DNA from: Candidatus Limnocylindrales bacterium
Lineage (GTDB): Bacteria; Chloroflexota; Limnocylindria; Limnocylindrales; CSP1-4
Assembly (NCBI GenBank): GCA_039917225.1
Contig: JBDSJV010000035.1
Span: 1 to 32,866, forward strand
DNA: 32,866 bases
Direction: 5' to 3'
Position numbers and translations under genes: made by a program. The notes beneath the pieces are model-generated. The model did no database searches. It was not told the DNA's origin and was given only the letters and a program-made list of their open reading frames with translations. Below are positions 23,711 through 32,866 of this stretch, one piece after another (the first letter of the stretch is position 1; each line of letters begins with the position of its first letter).

Positions 23711-24717
23711 CGGATCGAGAGCGCCGACTGGAGGCACCGCATCGACGCCTCCGGTCGGGTTCGCCCTTCTTTGAACGAGCGGTGGTCGCGGGATACAAGG
23801 CGTTTGCCTGGCTGATCTCGCACATCCCGCCGGCGATTCCACGCGCCGTTCTCGGCCGCGGCGCCCAGCTGTCGTATCTCCTCTGGCCCGGCAAGCGCCG
23901 CTGGTCCAACCTGAATTTCGGGCATGTCCTGGGACTGCCGCCGAGCCATCTCCGGGTTCGCCGGACGGCACTTGCAGCGTACCGACGGTACGGCCAGTAC
24001 GTCGTGGAGCTGGCCCGGCTGCCGATGCTCGCGCGTGACCACGCCGACGAGCTGGTCAGCGGTGCGGATCTGGATGGCATCCACGAGATCTGGGCGAATT
24101 CGAAGGGTGGTCTGATCTTCACGCTCGGACACCTCGGCAACAACGAGGCCGTGGCTGCCGGCGTCGCGTCACGCGGCTGGCCGATCAACGTCGTCGCCGA
24201 CGACTCGTCGTTCCCGGGCCTGTTCGAGGAGTTCCGGCGGACGCGTGAGCAATGGGGTGTCCATGTCATCCCGTGGCGCAACCTGCGCGAGATCTACGCG
24301 GTCCTCCGGCGTCGCGAGATGCTGGCGCTGCTGATCGACTGGGGATATCGGCGCGACGGTATTCCGGTCAGGCTGTTCGATGCGTGGACCACCCTGCCCG
24401 CCGGACCCGCCTCGCTCGCCGCGAAGACCGGCTCCCGAATCCTGCCGGTGACGCTCCATCGCAGACCAGATGGCCGGACCTTCTCGATCTCGTGGGCCGA
24501 ACCGATCGAGGTGATGGGCTCTGACCCCGCCTCGCTGCAGCGGGCGACCCAGGCGATGGCCGATGCCTTCGAGGCAGCGGTGCGGGCGGCGCCGGACCAG
24601 TGGTACTCGTTCAAGCCGATCTGGCCGGCCGATCCGGCAGAGTCAGCGGTGCTCGAGGCCCGCGCCAGGGCGATGCTCAGCGGTGACCCGTCCTCCACGG
24701 CGCAGGAGTCCGCGTGA
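23707..24717 (+). CDS. LpxL/HtrB-family (PatA-like) lysophospholipid/PIM acyltransferase, copy 1
   Basis: The H-x4-[DE] acyltransferase motif appears in '[15 protein letters not shown]'. '[37 protein letters not shown]' is typical of the family. The start GTG overlaps the ino1 stop (GTGA). Confidence 0.82.
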   Translation: MTDRERRLEAPHRRLRSGSPFFERAVVAGYKAFAWLISHIPPAIPRAVLGRGAQLSYLLWPGKRRWSNLNFGHVLGLPPSHLRVRRTALAAYRRYGQYVVELARLPMLARDHADELVSGADLDGIHEIWANSKGGLIFTLGHLGNNEAVAAGVASRGWPINVVADDSSFPGLFEEFRRTREQWGVHVIPWRNLREIYAVLRRREMLALLIDWGYRRDGIPVRLFDAWTTLPAGPASLAAKTGSRILPVTLHRRPDGRTFSISWAEPIEVMGSDPASLQRATQAMADAFEAAVRAAPDQWYSFKPIWPADPAESAVLEARARAMLSGDPSSTAQESA

Positions 24718-25739
24718 ACCCTGAGACCGAACCCGTGCCCGGCGCTGCACCTCCTCCGGCGGACCGGGGGACGCCGTTCCAGCGACTTCGGGCGGGTCTC
24801 CTGGCTCTGATCGCGCGGGCCCTGATCGCGATTCCGGAGGGGCCGGTAAACGCCATCGGCGAGGCGGCCGGCGAACTCTGGTATCGAATGGCGCCAGGTC
24901 GTGCCGCGCGGGCACGGCGGAACCTCCAGCGCGTGGCGAGCCACCTGGTGGCGCGTGGGCTGGCGAACGACGCGACTCGCGCCGCCGCCGAGGACCCGGC
25001 CGCGCTCGAACGCCTGGTCCGTCGTGCCTTCCGGCAGGCGGCCCGCTACTACCTCGACATGGTCCGCCTGCCCGGGCACAGCGCCGCGGAGCTGGAGTCG
25101 CGGCTGATCGTGGAGACACCGGACACCGTGGCCGACGCCTTCGGCGAACCGGGGCCCATGGTCTTCGTCTCGATGCATTTCGGAGCGGTCGAGTATCCGG
25201 CGCTCTTCGCCGTCGCCCGAACCGGGCGCCACGTCGTCGCTCCGATGGAGACGCTCGCAGATCCCGCGCTCCAGTCATGGATCGAGCGGACTCGAGGTTC
25301 GGTCGGGGTCGACATCGTGTCGTTGCGCGATGCACGCCGGGCGCTGACCCAGGCCCTGACCGAAGGTCGGGTCGTGGGCATGGTGGCGGATCGCAACGTC
25401 GCTGGCGGCGCCATCGAAGTGCCGTTCTTCGGCGCCCCGGCCCCCCTGCCGATGGGACCGGGCCTGTTCGCGATGGAGGCCGGTCTCCCGATCTGGGTGG
25501 CCGCGGTGCGACGGGCCGGTGGCGGCCGCTACCGGGGCCAGCTCAGGCGGGTCGACATCCCGACCGAGGGCCTGCGCCGGGCCCGACTGGCCGCGGCGAT
25601 GGCTGGCGTCGCGCGGGCGATGGAGGAATCGATTGCCGCGGCGCCGGAACAGTGGTGGTCGGCGCTCGCGCCGGTCTGGCCGGATCTCGATCCCGAGGCA
25701 GCGACCGGGACCGGGCGCCTCGAGGAGGCCGGCCGATGA
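24714..25739 (+). CDS. LpxL/HtrB-family (PatA-like) acyltransferase, copy 2
   Basis: 'MVFVSMHFGAVEYPAL' carries H-x4-E. 'VVGMVADRNVAGGAIEVPFFGAPAPLPMGPGLFAMEAG' parallels copy 1. The start GTG overlaps the copy-1 stop (GTGA). Confidence 0.8.
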   Translation: MNPETEPVPGAAPPPADRGTPFQRLRAGLLALIARALIAIPEGPVNAIGEAAGELWYRMAPGRAARARRNLQRVASHLVARGLANDATRAAAEDPAALERLVRRAFRQAARYYLDMVRLPGHSAAELESRLIVETPDTVADAFGEPGPMVFVSMHFGAVEYPALFAVARTGRHVVAPMETLADPALQSWIERTRGSVGVDIVSLRDARRALTQALTEGRVVGMVADRNVAGGAIEVPFFGAPAPLPMGPGLFAMEAGLPIWVAAVRRAGGGRYRGQLRRVDIPTEGLRRARLAAAMAGVARAMEESIAAAPEQWWSALAPVWPDLDPEAATGTGRLEEAGR

Positions 25740-26545
25740 CCGAGCGCCTCGGTCGTGCCGATCTCCATATCCATACGCTCGCCTCGGATGGCACGGCCGG
25801 TGCCCTCGAGATCCTCGAGTTCGTCGAACAGACCACCGACCTCGACGTCATCGCGATCACGGATCACGAGCGGATCGATGCGGCGCGCGCCGCACAGGTC
25901 GTCGCCCGCGACGGGGGCTTCAGGGTCGAGGTGATCGTCGGGGAGGAGATCACGACACTCGGCGGTCACCTCCTGGCGCTCTGGATCGACCAGCCGATCC
26001 GCCCGTTCCGCTCGCTCCGGACCACGATCGCGGCGGTTCACGACCAGGGTGGCATCGCCATTCCCGCCCATCCGCTGGTTCCCTACCCGCTGTGCGCCCA
26101 GGGGTTCGTCCTGCGCCGCCTGCTCGAGGACGACCCGCGCTACTGGCCCGACGGGATCGAGGCCTTCAATCCGACCGCACTGGGGCGCCCCGGCCACGAG
26201 CGAGCCGTCCGCTTCGCCGAGGAGTTCGGGCTGGCTCGCATCGGCAACTCGGATGCCCACGCGCTCGAGGCGATCGGCGCCGGCCACACGACCTTCCCGG
26301 GTCGGAGTGCGGCGGATCTCAGGGCGGCCGTCGAGGCTCGCACGACGCACGAGCACGGCGCCTTCCACCGGACGACGGACCAGCTGGCGATCTTCCAGGC
26401 CCAGCTCCGCAAGTACGGCCGGGACGCACGGGCCAACCTCGGCGGCCGGATCCGGCGCGATGGCTCGGGCCGCGACCTCGGCTACCCGAGGGACCCTGGC
26501 GGGGCCGGCTCGCCGAACATCCGGGCAAGCGAGGGGGAACGATGA
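25736..26545 (+). CDS. PHP-domain metal-dependent phosphoesterase
   Basis: PHP motifs in order: 'ADLHIHTLASDG', 'VIAITDHE', 'VIVGEE', 'GIAIPAHP', 'IEAFN', 'GNSDAH'. ATG 25736 overlaps the upstream stop (ATGA). Its own stop overlaps the next ATG (ATGA at 26542). Confidence 0.85.
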   Translation: MTERLGRADLHIHTLASDGTAGALEILEFVEQTTDLDVIAITDHERIDAARAAQVVARDGGFRVEVIVGEEITTLGGHLLALWIDQPIRPFRSLRTTIAAVHDQGGIAIPAHPLVPYPLCAQGFVLRRLLEDDPRYWPDGIEAFNPTALGRPGHERAVRFAEEFGLARIGNSDAHALEAIGAGHTTFPGRSAADLRAAVEARTTHEHGAFHRTTDQLAIFQAQLRKYGRDARANLGGRIRRDGSGRDLGYPRDPGGAGSPNIRASEGER

Positions 26546-27716
26546 AGATCGGGCTTGTCACGCCGTACGTCTATCCACTCCCCGGCGGCGTGAATCAGCA
26601 CGTCCGCTACCTCTACGAGAACCTGCGGCAGCGCGGCCACGACGTCCGGATCATCACCAGCTCCCACGGTCTCCAGCGCGCGTCCCAGGGCGATGTGATC
26701 CGGATCGGGAAGGGCTTCTCGATGCCCGCCAACGGCTCGATGGGCACGATCACCCTGTCGCCGCGCTACCTCTCCCAGGTCCGGGCGGTGCTCGAGCGGG
26801 AAGACTTCGACCTGCTCCATTTCCACGAACCCTTCGTCCCCTTCCTGTCGCTCATCGTCCTCGGGTTGTCGAAGAGCGTGAACGTGGCGACCTTCCACGC
26901 CTACGGTGGCTTCTCCCCGGCCTACGAGTTCGGCTCGAAGGTGATGGGCTCGTATGCGAACCGCCTCCACGGCCGGATCGCCGTATCGGCGGCGGCGCGC
27001 CACTTCATCGACCGGTTCTTTCCGGGTGACTACAAGGTCATCCCCAATGGCGTCGACATCGCCCGATTCCGGCGCGCGGTGCCAATCGCGCGATGGCAGG
27101 ACGGGACTCGCAACATCCTCTTCGTCGGCCGCTTCGAGTCCCGAAAGGGCCTCCTGGATCTCCTCCGCGCCTACCGGATCCTCCGCAAGACCGGGTGTCC
27201 ATGTCGCCTCCTCATCGTCGGCGGTGGGCCACAGGAGCGCGAGGCGCGACGCTATGTCATGACCCGCCGGATGGGCGGAGTCGAGTTCCTTGGAAAGGTC
27301 TCCGATGAAGAGCGGGACGCCCTCTTCAAGACGGCCGATGTGTACGTCTCGCCGGCGACCGGGCGCGAATCGTTCGGGATCGTCCTGCTCGAGGCGATGG
27401 CCGCGGGTACCTCCATCGTCTGCAGCGACATCCACGGCTACAAGGGCGTCGTTCGCCGGGACCGCGACGCGCTGCTGGTGCCACCGAAGGACGCCAAGGC
27501 GCTGGCGCTCGCCATCGGGCGCCTCGTCAATGACGACGAGCTCCGGGCACGGATGGCCGCCTCGGGCCTCGAGCGTGCGAATGAGTTCTCGTGGGAGCGG
27601 GTCACCGGCAAGGTCGAGGACTACTACGGGTTCGTGATCCGTCGTCTCGCGGCGCAGGGTGCGCTGCCTCCCGGCTTCACGGCGGAAGTTCCGCCCCCCA
27701 TCCGTCCCGCTTCCGC

Positions 27717-27720
<4 letters not shown>
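26542..27720 (+). CDS. pimA: GT4 glycosyltransferase, PimA-like phosphatidylinositol mannosyltransferase
   Basis: 'MKIGLVTPYVYPLPGGVNQHVRYLYENLRQRGHDVRIIT' parallels the PimA N-terminus. The GT4 E-x7-E region is 'RESFGIVLLEAMAAGTSIVCSD'. Synteny with the PI synthase and acyltransferases supports the call. The symbol rests on context, not on a search. Confidence 0.8.
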
Positions 27721-32837
<5,117 letters not shown>

Positions 32838-32866
32838 AGGGTCCTGCCGCGCCCGGCACTGCCCGA

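Overview
High-GC, densely coding bacterial chromosomal window. I can support about 30 genes. I saw no rRNA, tRNA, CRISPR array, transposase, integrase or phage-like content. All calls come from reading the supplied translations and the DNA by eye, with no searches or computations run. Start codons are often ambiguous because long spurious ORFs are common at this GC content.

Layout from left to right:
1. nuoJKLMN, the distal half of a complex I operon. In the slot where nuoI normally lies there is a 5'-truncated multidomain ORF. It fuses a GltD-type NAD(P)H/FAD oxidoreductase to NuoG-N-terminal-like and NuoI-like Fe-S modules.
2. A divergent pair of membrane-anchored extracytoplasmic proteins. 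One is a TlpA-like redoxin with a CLLC site. The other is a sortase-fold protein whose TLxTC cysteine is a serine.
3. A DHA2-type MFS exporter and a DUF488 gene.
4. A divergently organised redox / Fe-S / NO-stress-like cluster. One arm has an ArsR/SufR-like regulator, DUF59 and a polytopic membrane protein. The other arm has hemerythrin, a small unknown ORF, DUF2249, an FNR-like flavoreductase and an AhpD-like CMD protein.
5. An operon of a small Cys-rich TRASH/metallothionein-like protein, a histidine kinase with no TM segment, and an OmpR-type regulator.
6. Glutamate dehydrogenase and an AlkA-like glycosylase.
7. A translationally coupled phosphatidylinositol/PIM-type operon: ArsR regulator, PIP synthase, ino1, two tandem LpxL/PatA-type acyltransferases, a PHP phosphoesterase and a PimA-like GT4.
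8. A convergent 1706-aa membrane protein. It fuses a GT-C domain, a (Pro-Glu)11 linker and a GT39/PMT-type mannosyltransferase that carries a beta-propeller-like insertion.

The strongest candidates for undescribed biology are the GltD-NuoG-NuoI fusion, the PHP gene and duplicated acyltransferases in the PI operon, the giant dual GT-C protein, and the Cys-rich-protein/kinase/regulator operon.
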